Both the position numbers and the translations under genes were made by a program. From positions 8,308,001 through 8,372,000 of the forward strand of contig NC_088858.1 of assembly GCF_963853765.1 (NCBI RefSeq): a DNA stretch of 64,000 bases, in the 5' to 3' direction. Below the pieces are notes generated by a model. The model did no database searches. It was not told the origin of the DNA and saw only the letters and a list, made by a program, of their open reading frames with translations. The DNA is from Magallana gigas (lineage: Eukaryota). This document shows, one piece after another, positions 46,648 through 55,915 of the stretch; position 1 is the first letter of the stretch, and every line of letters begins with the position of its first letter.

Positions 46648-49140
46648 TTTTTCAAAAGTACATATCAATTTGGTTATGTAAGATTAAAAGTTTCATTTAA
46701 TCTTACAAAAATAAATATACTCAAAACACGTGAAGACGTTTGTATCTAAGTGCTCATGGCACATGAATTAGCAAATGAATTCATAGAAAATTGAATGTCA
46801 CAGATTTCCATTGCAAACATAATGGGAAATATTTACATATAACACGTACTGTTTGCGCAATCCACTGTTATTTCTGCATAACATCATTATGGGTCAAGAG
46901 GGGAAAGTAGCGCATGAATTATCTAGGTCACTACTTTTTCTATGTGCTCAAACTAACCGACTTGTGCTGAAACACACCTATTAATATTATATAGATATCG
47001 TATTAAATGAAAACAAAGTTTAGGCATAAAAAATAAACGTATCTGTATTTTGTTATCGGAAGTTTTATTCATTCATTTCTAAAAAAAAATATAACATTAA
47101 TTGCGAGGGATAGATGATTTAGGGAAGAAAGGCCTGTAAACAGAATAATGTTTTTGATCGACATCGAAACGAGGTGTTCTTGAAAATTACAATCGCAATT
47201 TGTCAAAGGAGTAATTCAGTTAAATTCATTTCTGACTTTTTCACAAGCCTTGACCAAAATCGCAAACGCAATATCACAGACCTTTCGTGTCTAGTTCATT
47301 CACAGATCACGGTCAAATTTAACTCCTTGTCCTTCTCTGTCCGTTTTGTTCCGTAAAAAGAACTTAGAAATTAAAATAGCTTTCCTATATAATGTCAAAG
47401 GAAAATCATATTGCTTTTGAATATGATTCTGCGATAGAGTTTCCCCTAAAAATGCCAAAGTAGACTCTGACTCAACTTTTGTTCGTTTTGTTTTCAAATT
47501 TCCAACTGCTCTGCGACTTCAACAGAAGTGGTGCTATTCTGCCAAGCTTCAATTGTTTTTGTCTATTGTACATTTCTGTTTCACTTTGTTTTAATAAATA
47601 ATAGATGTCATGTCAAAAGTAGTGTCATATTTATTTATCATGATAATCAAATACTTGCAACATTGTTGTACTATTTTTTGTTACGTCATCTTAATCGAAG
47701 TGGCTTTCTCGGTCATCACAAAAGAGGAAGTATGGAGCATTGTTAGTGTTATAATTTGCAACAAATGTAAATATAAGAAATAAGGTATCATTTTTGGATG
47801 TATATCGGGATATAAATACGGGTTGGTACGTGATCAAATCTTCCATAAAGCCCTTTGGGCTCTATGGGATTTGATCATGTGACCAACCCGTATTTATATC
47901 CCGATATACATCCAAAAATGATACCTTATTTCTTAAATATACACTGAATGTAAATACATGGCAATGTTTGCCTCATCAACAATAAAAATATGTAACTGAC
48001 GGATTAACTAGAATAGTAGTATAGTATTATATATTAAATATTGAAAATTTTGTTTAATTAAATCATGAATGTTGTGAAATGATTGTATTGAATTTGTATT
48101 CAGAAAATGTAAAGCTGTGAAATGGTGATGTATTACTTTACAAATTGAATGAAAGGGACAGTCTCTGTTTGAATACCTTCTCTTATGAAAATGGCATTAA
48201 AATGTATAGTTTATTTTCAATCACGCTTTTCAATGCAATAAATTATACGTGGCTTATTTCTAAAACTGGCGAATGATTTGATCTGACAATTCTCAAGATT
48301 TCATACAAGCAATGTAAAAATAAATTGGATGTAAAATGGTTAGATGGATTCTCTCATATGTAAAAAATAAAGTAGAATTCTGCTTATTTTTTTTTTATCA
48401 ATGTATTAATCATGATTTACCTGAGATCCTTCTTCATCCTCCACCTTTTTCTTTTTGCAGCACTTGCATCCATAATCCACTAAATATGCATGGAGAACAA
48501 ATATTGGCATATAGGCCAGGGTCACCCAAGCCTCCCATGGCTCAATTTCCCCAGGACTAGAATAATTCACTACAATCAACATCCAAATGTAGGCCCAAAT
48601 AGACCATCCAGCAGTAACAAAGAACACAGCAAATTCATTAATCCTTTTGATATCTGGGGTGGGGACACTCACAATACATATAGATGTAATAATTAATAAA
48701 TTAAATGCAGCACTTCCTATAATAGTGAAAGTTCCTAAAGAATCTTCGACAACCTCTTGACCTAATTTGAGGGCAGTCTCTCCTAATGCTAGAATGATTT
48801 CGGGAGCGCTGCTACCTAGGGCCATAAGAGTCAAGTTGGCCACAGTCTCATTCCAAACTAAGACTTCCCTTTCCACTGTTTCTTTCTTTTCTGCATCATA
48901 CACCATTATTTTCTTCTTCTTGCTGGTTATGGTTTCAATACTTGCCATGAAAATGTCCGATGCTATGGCCACACCCAGAAAGAAATACACAAGAGCTACG
49001 ATGTACAGGAAACCCCTGAGAGCTGCGGGCCAAAGATTTTCAGCTGGAAGTAGTATCCAGCTTTTACACTGGTCTGTTCCATTGTCCAGGTACTCCACCA
49101 CATAGCCATTGCTGTAGTAGCTAAAGTGGCTGATTGACAT
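24451..49140 (-). CDS. NCX: Na+/Ca2+ exchanger (SLC8/NCX family), ~923 aa (exon A) or ~930 aa (exon B)
   Basis: alpha-1 [13 protein letters not shown] and GSAAFN in exons A/B; two Calx-beta domains; alpha-2 [12 protein letters not shown] and [16 protein letters not shown]; C-terminal GGELGG and LWTIYI-type motifs; 18 shared exons join with consistent phases (2052 nt including stop). Confidence 0.93.
24835..25010 (-). CDS. NCX: NCX exon ([14 protein letters not shown]...LVLRRK)
   Basis: Phase 1-0; AAG|gtatga donor. Confidence 0.9.
25099..25252 (-). CDS. NCX: NCX alpha-2 exon (LGHLLGC...[12 protein letters not shown]...GNVT)
   Basis: Phase 0-1; matches track ORF 25004..25243. Confidence 0.95.
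25370..25445 (-). CDS. NCX: NCX TM6 exon ([25 protein letters not shown])
   Basis: Phase 2-0; CAG|gtgagt donor. Confidence 0.9.
25687..25809 (-). CDS. NCX: NCX exon (AMSIEGG...[24 protein letters not shown])
   Basis: Phase 2-2; matches the NCX DYxxHFLTxFWK...PPT motif. Confidence 0.9.
25934..27649 (+). mobile_element. Helentron-associated non-autonomous element (HINE/pearl-like) with satellite-like monomers, GACG/GACA microsatellite and 3' hairpin; carries nested sequence
   Basis: 5' aacaagaggcccatgggcc; 12-bp subterminal IR gctcacctgaac (25960-25971)/gttcaggtgagc (27632-27643); hairpin 27615-27643; (GACG/GACA)n ~27550-27600; gagaagaag-containing Cg170-like units at 27280-27550. Confidence 0.75.
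26306..26451. mobile_element. 146-bp hairpin MITE with apparent TTA 3-bp TSD, nested in the HINE
   Basis: ctggagtgcgaccatttctcgccgagtaccatttctcgcc vs ggcgagaaatggtactcggcgagaactggtcgcacgccag; tta on both flanks. Confidence 0.8.
27809..27890 (-). CDS. NCX: NCX exon after CBD2 ([26 protein letters not shown])
   Basis: Phase 1-2; W..QF motif. Confidence 0.9.
28114..28204 (-). CDS. NCX: NCX CBD2 end ([30 protein letters not shown])
   Basis: Phase 0-1; AAG|gtaagc donor. Confidence 0.85.
29076..29205 (-). CDS. NCX: NCX CBD2 middle (DGTATGG...[29 protein letters not shown])
   Basis: Phase 2-0; Calx-beta motif. Confidence 0.9.
29998..30121 (-). CDS. NCX: NCX CBD2 start (PGEFQFE...[19 protein letters not shown])
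   Basis: Phase 1-2; AT|gtaagt donor. Confidence 0.9.
30370..30532 (-). CDS. NCX: NCX CBD1 end ([27 protein letters not shown]...VVDDD)
   Basis: Phase 0-1; Calx-beta acidic motifs. Confidence 0.9.
30633..30815 (-). CDS. NCX: NCX CBD1 exon with insert (NGDTMTF...[27 protein letters not shown])
   Basis: Phase 0-0. Confidence 0.85.
31138..31165 (-). CDS. NCX: NCX 28-nt micro-exon (KAGMKAQVM), needed to restore phase
   Basis: tttttgtttttag| acceptor, ATG|gtaagg donor, phase 2-0 bridges the flanking exons. Confidence 0.75.
31482..31532 (-). CDS. NCX: Candidate 51-nt cassette exon in CBD1 insert ([16 protein letters not shown])
   Basis: tttcccttacctctag| acceptor, AA|gtaaat donor, symmetric phase 2-2, open frame. 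Confidence 0.5.
31672..31771 (-). CDS. NCX: NCX CBD1 start ([32 protein letters not shown])
   Basis: Phase 1-2; CC|gtaagt donor. Confidence 0.9.
32247..32386 (-). CDS. NCX: NCX pre-CBD1 exon ([11 protein letters not shown]...)
   Basis: Phase 2-1; RARFRH..SAMTG resembles the NCX1 RAFYRIQATRMMTG segment. Confidence 0.85.
34435..34476 (-). CDS. NCX: Candidate 42-nt cassette exon ([13 protein letters not shown])
   Basis: gttgttttatggtgtag| acceptor, TAG|gtatgt donor, symmetric phase 2-2, open. Confidence 0.45.
35898..35990 (-). CDS. NCX: NCX linker exon ([30 protein letters not shown])
   Basis: 93 nt, phase 2-2; AAG|gtaaag donor. Confidence 0.8.
38176..38283 (-). CDS. NCX: NCX linker exon ([35 protein letters not shown])
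   Basis: 108 nt, phase 2-2; CAG|gtaatg donor. Confidence 0.7.
39598..39735 (-). CDS. Candidate 138-nt cassette exon in NCX linker
   Basis: GC-rich island, open phase 2-2 frame, strong GT|gtaaga donor but weak acceptor. Confidence 0.3.
40654..40689 (-). CDS. NCX: NCX 36-nt linker exon ([11 protein letters not shown])
   Basis: ttttgtttcag| acceptor, AAG|gtaaga donor, phase 2-2. Confidence 0.75.
41127..41190 (-). CDS. Candidate alternative terminal/poison exon ([20 protein letters not shown])
   Basis: ttatctttggttttcaag| acceptor, phase 2 fits the 41435 donor; AATAAA at 40851-40846. Confidence 0.3.
41435..41544 (-). CDS. NCX: First shared NCX exon ([18 protein letters not shown]...KQQKL)
   Basis: ttgtttgtggtag| acceptor, phase 0 (fits both exon A and B donors), AAG|gtaatt donor. 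Confidence 0.8.
41781..41838. repeat. Exact 29-bp tandem duplication
   Basis: ttaaatcttagaatgatggcttaaggaga x2. Confidence 0.9.
42369..42678. mobile_element. 310-bp TTAA MITE (Kolobok-like), inverted copy of 21307-21638 family
   Basis: TTAA|agcaatatgagctg ... cagcacatattgct|TTAA. Confidence 0.85.
43572..44312 (-). CDS. NCX: NCX alternative first coding exon B (247 aa: TM1-TM5 with alpha-1 repeat)
   Basis: Intact ORF; in-frame TGA 5 codons upstream of ATG; ATG|gtaagt phase-0 donor. Confidence 0.92.
44486..44517 (-). promoter_or_regulatory. Candidate TATA + Inr core promoter for exon B
   Basis: TATATATAG at 44517-44509 and TCAGCAGT at 44491-44484, i.e. 28-31 nt spacing; ~175 nt before the ATG. 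Confidence 0.4.
46589..46642. repeat. (AT)27 microsatellite
   Basis: Direct reading. Confidence 0.95.
47774..47935. mobile_element. 162-bp near-perfect palindromic MITE
   Basis: ~54-bp perfect arms taagaaataaggtatc...gggttggt / accaaccc...gataccttatttctta plus inner tgatcaaatc..aagccc-ttt-gggct..gatttgatca stem. Confidence 0.85.
47935..48026 (+). repeat. 92-bp direct repeat, copy 1 (copy 2 at 49567-49658)
   Basis: 90/92 identical to 49567-49658. Confidence 0.95.
48421..49140 (-). CDS. NCX: NCX alternative first coding exon A (240 aa: TM1-TM5 with alpha-1 repeat)
   Basis: Acceptor tatatttttcag| at 49176, in-frame TAG before ATG, CAG|gtaaat phase-0 donor; intact ORF. Confidence 0.92.
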
Positions 49141-49566
49141 TGTGGCCTATTTAAAGTTGCTTAAACTTTTGGTATCCTGAAAAATATACAAAATGGATGC
49201 ACAATAAGAATTGAATAAGAAGAAACTGTAAACTTATTACATTTGAATGTGTTACAGTGTGTGTTTTATTTAGCATTTTGACTGATATCTGCTTCTGCAA
49301 AATCAAATGCCATGCATATATGTATATGTGTATTTGGGAACATTCAAATCCATACGAACTCGCTGAAACATCCTTTTACCACCAATCATTATATATGCAC
49401 GCAAAATATCATACATTTACAGATATCAATTATACACTGTATAAACTGTCTAATTTTGTTAACTTGACTCCATGGGACCAAGAAAAAACTTCTAAGATAT
49501 CAAAGGATTCTAATATTGAGCTTAAAAAACTAAAAGAATTCAGATTTCCAATGCAAACATAAGGGG

Positions 49567-49658
49567 AAATATACACTGAATGTAAATATATGGCAATGTT
49601 TGCCTCATCAACAATAAAAATATGTAACTGATGGATTAACTAGAATAGTAGTATAGTA
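49567..49658 (+). repeat. 92-bp direct repeat, copy 2
   Basis: See 47935-48026. Confidence 0.95.
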
Positions 49659-49696
49659 AAACAAAATTAAAGGTAATTTAAAATAGAAAATACCAA

Positions 49697-50275
49697 AGAA
49701 CTATTTATGACATTAGTCAAATTAGGCCCCCAAATTTCGCTATTTTTAAAATGATTCAGGTACATTAATTTGTTGTGTTATTTTATAAAAGAGTTGATAT
49801 GAAATATGTTTTTCACCTATTTATTTAATTTATGTGCACTCACTGGCAGTATATGACGTCAGAAGTGACGCTATTTTTATAATTCAATCAAAATCAACCA
49901 AAAATTGACATTTTTCTTATCTTTTTTCGACTGGGAAATATAGAGCGACTCTTTGAACAAGAACGAACTTTATGTCAATTATAACTATTGGAAAGATACA
50001 TCTTTGGTGAAAATATTTTGTTTGTTCAAGTAGTCGCTCAATGTTTCCTTAAAGAAAAACTGCCTCAAAACAAGCCGTTTTATGCTAAAAATGCGAAAAT
50101 GGCGGGAAAAGGTAAACTTTATGATGTCATATTTTTAAATTGGGGGCACTAAAATCAAAATGAAAATGATGAAAAAACTTCAAATGTATATTTGTACAAA
50201 TAAAACAAAGACTTACAGTAAAATGACAATGTTCATTTTGGGGGGCCATTTTAGGCTCAAACCATATATAGTCCT
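49697..50275. mobile_element. Older TTAA-type MITE, left end decayed
   Basis: Right end ggggggccattttaggctcaaaccatatatagtcct|TTAA; left end agaactatttatg...aggcccccaaa is an imperfect inverse; left TSD reads ccaa. Confidence 0.5.
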
Positions 50276-50326
50276 TTAAGATCATAAAGACAAGGTCATA
50301 CAAGGTCAATATGACGTCTTGCTTAA

Positions 50327-50808
50327 AGGGGCATGGTCACAATTTTGGTCAAATTCTTTTTTATGTTTTTGTTATTTACAATGCTTTAAAATGCATTTCT
50401 AATGATCAAATGAAATTTGAGAGTCATTCGTAGAGTTATAAGCAAGATACGGGGCTCACAATTCTTTGTCATGTAAACAAGGCTCATGCCCTGTTTTTGT
50501 TTCAATTTACCAGCAAAAACTCTTTTTCCAGCTTATTTGTCTATCTTTTTATTTATTTTAAGCATAGATAAACAGTTCCTAACGTTTAACAAATTTGTTT
50601 TAGATTTGAAACTGAAATTTTTACTTCAACATTCAAAATGTAAACAAACACTTTGTTTACATAGGGAAGAATTTCAAGCTCTGTAACTCCCTTATAACTC
50701 AACAAATGACACTCAAATTTTGGTTGCCTTTTAAAAATGCCTTTCTGAAGCATTGTAAATATTAAATCCGGAAAAATAATTTTTGACCAAAATAGTGACC
50801 ATGCCCCT
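50327..50808. mobile_element. 482-bp TTAA MITE (Kolobok-like)
   Basis: TTAA|aggggcatggtcac..ttttggtcaaa ... tttgaccaaaa..gtgaccatgcccct|TTAA. Confidence 0.9.
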
Positions 50809-52653
50809 TTAATGCTTTTTGCATTTTTTTTTTTAAATTCATAGTTTTTTATAATTTGACCTTAAATGTACATGTACCACACTTTTTCTATATCTAAATC
50901 ATGTTAAAGGGTCTTGCATTTGAATTCAAAATTATAAAAAATTGTTTCTTGAAATATTAAAAAGTCCTGACAAAGATTTTGTATGCACCAAACTAAGATC
51001 GATTTTGAAGATGTTAAAAGTTGGAATTTTTTTGGACACAAATAATCATAAATAAATATCAGAAAATGTGAAAGCATATGGTCAACTGAATTAAACAAAG
51101 TTTAGAAGCTATACATATATGCATTTGCAAATATAATCCAATTAGTTCTTGGCAATCCAGTAAAACAAATCAAGCTCACTGTCCTGTTCAAGATGTTACT
51201 ACAAAAGGGGTTACCTAGTGTATCAAAGCTTGGTTTGTGGCAACACAATTATTAGAGAATCCAACAGCATTTGGGGAACACATGAAAACAAACAGAAAGA
51301 ATTCTTAATAGATTATTAGAACATATTGCCAACTAATTGAATCCTGGCTTAATAAAACAAGTTTCTTGATAACCAGGACACCACACTGTGACAGCAGTCA
51401 ACATAATAGAGAGAAGCATCGCTCAATTAAAACACAGAAAACTTAATAGATTTGCACTAACAGTACTTCAAAGCTTGATTATCAGAAATCATTTAACAAA
51501 TTCATCAAAATAAATAAAAGTACACATATCCATTAAGACATAATTTAAACATGGTACTATGGTATGAAATGATATATCCTGCTCTCATTTATATAATTAC
51601 CTACATGGAAACCCAGAGTACTTATTGTATTATTGTACATGCATGGAAACATGGCTTATTAGAATTGTTACTTCCTATTCACAACACCCTATGTGCTGTA
51701 TATATGTACTATACAATGAATGTTTACAACTACAACAACCTTTCCTGTTACTGTCAGTGAGCTGATGGGGCAGAGACTACCTATACGTACAGTGGTTTTC
51801 CTACTACATACCATATTCCACACAAATCACAATATTAATTTTTCATATTTCCGCTTGCATTTATCAATGCATCAGTAACAGGTGAAAAAAGCTTCACCAG
51901 CTCATAATGGAAACTGTCCAAAGAAGATCAATACTGGACATAACAAGGGGATTTGAACTCCAGCCCTAACAAAAAAACAAGTCAGTTTAGTTAGCTTTGC
52001 TAACAGATGCTTCCCAAACCAAAACATATTTAAAGAAAGTAAAATAAGTGAAAGTTCTTTTCATTTCTTCAGCTCTGAATGTTATGTCTGACCAACTGAA
52101 CTTATAATTTAATTATCTCTCTTCTATACATTTTTCACCAAAAGATCTAAGTAAAATAATGTATCTACAGACACGGGCTTTTCAAGAACATTATGGCAAT
52201 ATTTTGTACTTTTTAAGATATAATGCTGCATCAGTCATTGTTAAGAAAATCACATAAATCTACTCTTACCAAAATCATTGAAATTTTAAACTCCAGATTA
52301 ATTTATTCCAATCGTTTACAATAAAGTTTTCTATTCATCACCCTGTAGATTCCACAAAATCAAGAACAGGATCACTTTCAGCACTGAGCCATTTGAAGAC
52401 AAGTAACTTGTAAATCCTCTCAGTAGTGTCCTTGGCACAAAGATGAGGGATCATTGGATGGAGGCCTGTCAAAGTTTCCATCCTATTGATTAAAATCTAA
52501 TATATATTCCTACAGCAACGTAATCAGAGTAGAAGAGGAGACAATCTGCTCAATATACTCATTCATGCAACTAACTGCTCATTTCCTAGCATTTTTTTCA
52601 CCCTTGTCTTGATTGTTTAATTAGGCCTGAAGACTACATGGAAATTGATTTAC

Positions 52654-52693
52654 CTTCCGTATCTGCTACCAGAAGAGTCTCATTTCACAACTC
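52654..52693 (-). other. Candidate 40-nt 5' UTR exon upstream of NCX exon A
   Basis: ccttcag| acceptor and AAG|gtaaat donor only. Confidence 0.25.
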
Positions 52694-52750
52694 CTGAAGG
52701 TTTTTACACCAAAACCTTGTTGCAAAACCTACAACTGCTTGATCTAGTGC

Positions 52751-53140
52751 TTAGTGCCTAATTGGTGTCTGATTTGAAAATTGGTTCCATTTCTTTAAGC
52801 AAAGTGCTTTCGAAAAGGAAATTAACAAACCAGCATTAATCAATATAAGCCTATATCTACAAACACTGGCACCCATATCCAAGCAATGCTTCAAACATGG
52901 CTTAAAATCAATTTCTTCCAGTACAAATATACTGTGTACATGCAAGTTTTCTTCAAAGTCTTTGGCTGGTTAAAGTTTTTCAACAAATTGAACAAAGAAC
53001 TAGAGATTTTCTTTAGGGTCCAATGCCAACAATGGTGTGTCCTGATGCTGCACAATATCGAATAAAATTTTGTATTTCTTGATAAAAGTTACCAAATCTC
53101 CAATCAGAAGCTCCTGCATATTGTCTATCATACACTTAAA
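52751..53140 (-). pseudogene. Decayed coding-like relic of unknown family
   Basis: ~130 codons with only two stops, plus an overlapping protein-like frame YDRQYAGASDWRFGNFYQEIQNFIRYCAASGHTIVGIGP that suggests one frameshift. Confidence 0.3.
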
Positions 53141-55765
53141 TGTATATTAAACTAAGTTTGATAAATACTTTTGATGTCAGGTTAATGCACTTTATTGGGC
53201 TACTTGTTAAAGAGAAACCCTTAATATTATTTTAAAGACATAATGATCAATTTCAACATTCAAATTTACAGGGGGGGGGGGGGGGGGTTATCATTTTGTT
53301 AGAAAGGAAACTTTCTTAATAACTCTGAAAAATAAATGAATTTTACTAATATTCATAGGAACTTAGATCCATAAACATTTGAAACTTTATATAGCGAGAG
53401 GAATTCCCAAAAATATCAAACCTCCAAAACTTTTGAAAGTATATCAGCATATATGTTTTACTCAATTTTTTATTATATCTAAATACCAGTATTATGATAT
53501 ACTAGTATTGTTGAAAGGATATTTTGATGAGTGAACTGCATGCAAATCATTCATAGCCATTGTTGTGTATGTTATTAATATTTGTGTTGATTTAATGAAT
53601 TACTCAACACCCACAATTCTGATGTTTTATTATTACCAACTTTCCCCATGCCATAATGTTGTATTTCTGAATAAGATACTATTATGTACTGATACAAAAA
53701 AGCTTCTGGGAGTTCAGGAGATTCTACACTGAGGTTCATGCAACATTTTGCAGTAAGTAACCTTTCTTAAAATTTGAATTTTAGGTAAAAAAAAAAATTG
53801 AAAAAAAATTAAATTGCAATAAAAATTTAACATTTTGCAAACAAGTTAGCATGTATATGTTAAAAAACCAAACTTTTCAGATTATCTATTCCCTCTCTAT
53901 ACCAGTACTCAATATTCTGATTTTTCGATTTTACAAAGCTTTGATTAGTATCCTATAGTATGGATTGTGTATTAAACTAGAAAAAAGTGGCCTTTCATTT
54001 TCCGGCTTGGAAAATTAAAGACACAGGCATTATTTCAATGATCCACAAGAAATAAAAGAAACCCAAATTATCTAATTCCAGGGAGATATATCACGTACCA
54101 TTAAACAGATTGGCAATCAATGTGTAACAGTATTTTTGATGCATTAATAATGCACATTATTCCACAGCAGTCTCCATATACTGAAATAATTAATCATCAA
54201 CAATGTAAATGACATTTTTCCTGAACATTTTTCTAATTCAATCAAATTCACTTCATGCTGAACATCACAAAAGAAAATTAAATCCTGAAATGCCAATGGA
54301 AGAAATCCAAGACTTGTGTGCCTCAATCATTTTCCAAATGAAACAAAGTATTATGGGATTCTCTTTAGTTGCATCATTAATCTCCAAGTAAGTTTGACAA
54401 AATAACAGACAGGTTTTGATTTGAACAAAAGAAAGTCTACTACATTGTATCAACCTTTGCCTATATCAGTCCAACATGTTCAGGACCTGTACAGCAGGAA
54501 TAGATAATACATATTTGATGAGATTTCCAAAGAAGCTCACATAAAAGAAACCAATTGTGATTGGTGGCAGTGTGATCAATGGCCTCAAATCACCTCAAAC
54601 TGCCCACTTAATCTAGCAGGTAATGAATTGTGACTTTGCCCTCGATTTATGACAGCGACAAATAAATATAAGTCTTCTTTTAAAATGATCACAGGTAAGA
54701 GCATTTTGCTAAATCATATCACTGTCATAAACTTATCAAGTCTTTTATTAAACTGACCGATTCTAAAAAGAATTTGTTCTTAAAGAAATTCTGTTTTCAT
54801 CACATGTATATTAAAATTACATGTAAATAATCCATTTTTACATTAAGTTTTGAATGTCAACAAAATGTTTAAATCTTCTGGTAGTGCATGCAGATTTCCT
54901 TTGACACCTCTTACTAAAATATGAGACATGCAGAAGTTTGGAATGTATATACATGTATATTATATAATTTTCGCATTCATTACTTTATTTGTCAAAATAA
55001 AATAAAATATTTTCTCAGACCTGAAGCCTGAACAAAAATAGGTCATGCATAAGGGAAACATAGCAGAAGACCACTTAATGAAGGCACAATGTTCAGAGTA
55101 CATTTTATCTTGCTTCATTTGTTACATAAAGAAAGCCTCAGAGTATTAACTTGCTTCGATCACTTTAAAACGAACAAAGGCTAAAAATCATACAAATAAA
55201 AGCTTTCAGTACATGTGAACAAGTCAGATTAATTGTGATTAAGAAGAGTTTGGCAGTGATTTCCTAGTCTCAACCCCAGTAGAGCACGATACACCTAGGT
55301 TGCAATCAACAAATAGAGTAAGAACAGTAACACAGATTTGCTCCCCACCTGTTGCTGGCTCCGGCGTACACGGTTCACTGACTTCTCAGTCCACAGCGCG
55401 GGCCAAGACCACTATGATCTCTATTGTTCATTGGCAAAACTTGATGAAAGTATCTACAATATATATATAACAGACTTAGGATTATGATTAAAACAAAATC
55501 CATTCCAGATTTATTTTACTTCAATTTAATACAGACAGCCCTTTTTTTAGTACTTGTACTTGCAAGAAAAACCTAATACATGTGAATGCACTTTTGATCA
55601 TTATGATCATTACATGCCTGCATGAAGAACTAGTACATGTTAATGCTCTTTTGATTATGATCATTGTTACACTCAAGTATTAAACCTACAGATTTTTTTA
55701 AACCTGCAATTGCAGATATATATGCATGACTTCTTCTTGAGCACACAGAAACTGAATTTTTTTAG

Positions 55766-55915
55766 TAAGGAATAAGGAATCATTTTTTTAGTATTAGGAG
55801 GTGATAATTTTGGTCGGGGCATGATCAAATCCAAGCCCGAAGGGTTTTATGATAAATTTGGTCACACCCAACAAAAATTATCACCACATAATATTCAAAG
55901 AATTATTCCTTATTA
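55766..55915. mobile_element. Degenerate palindromic MITE related to 47774-47935
   Basis: ataaggaatcatt ... attattccttatt ends; same tgatcaaatc..aagccc-gaa-gggtt core. Confidence 0.6.
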
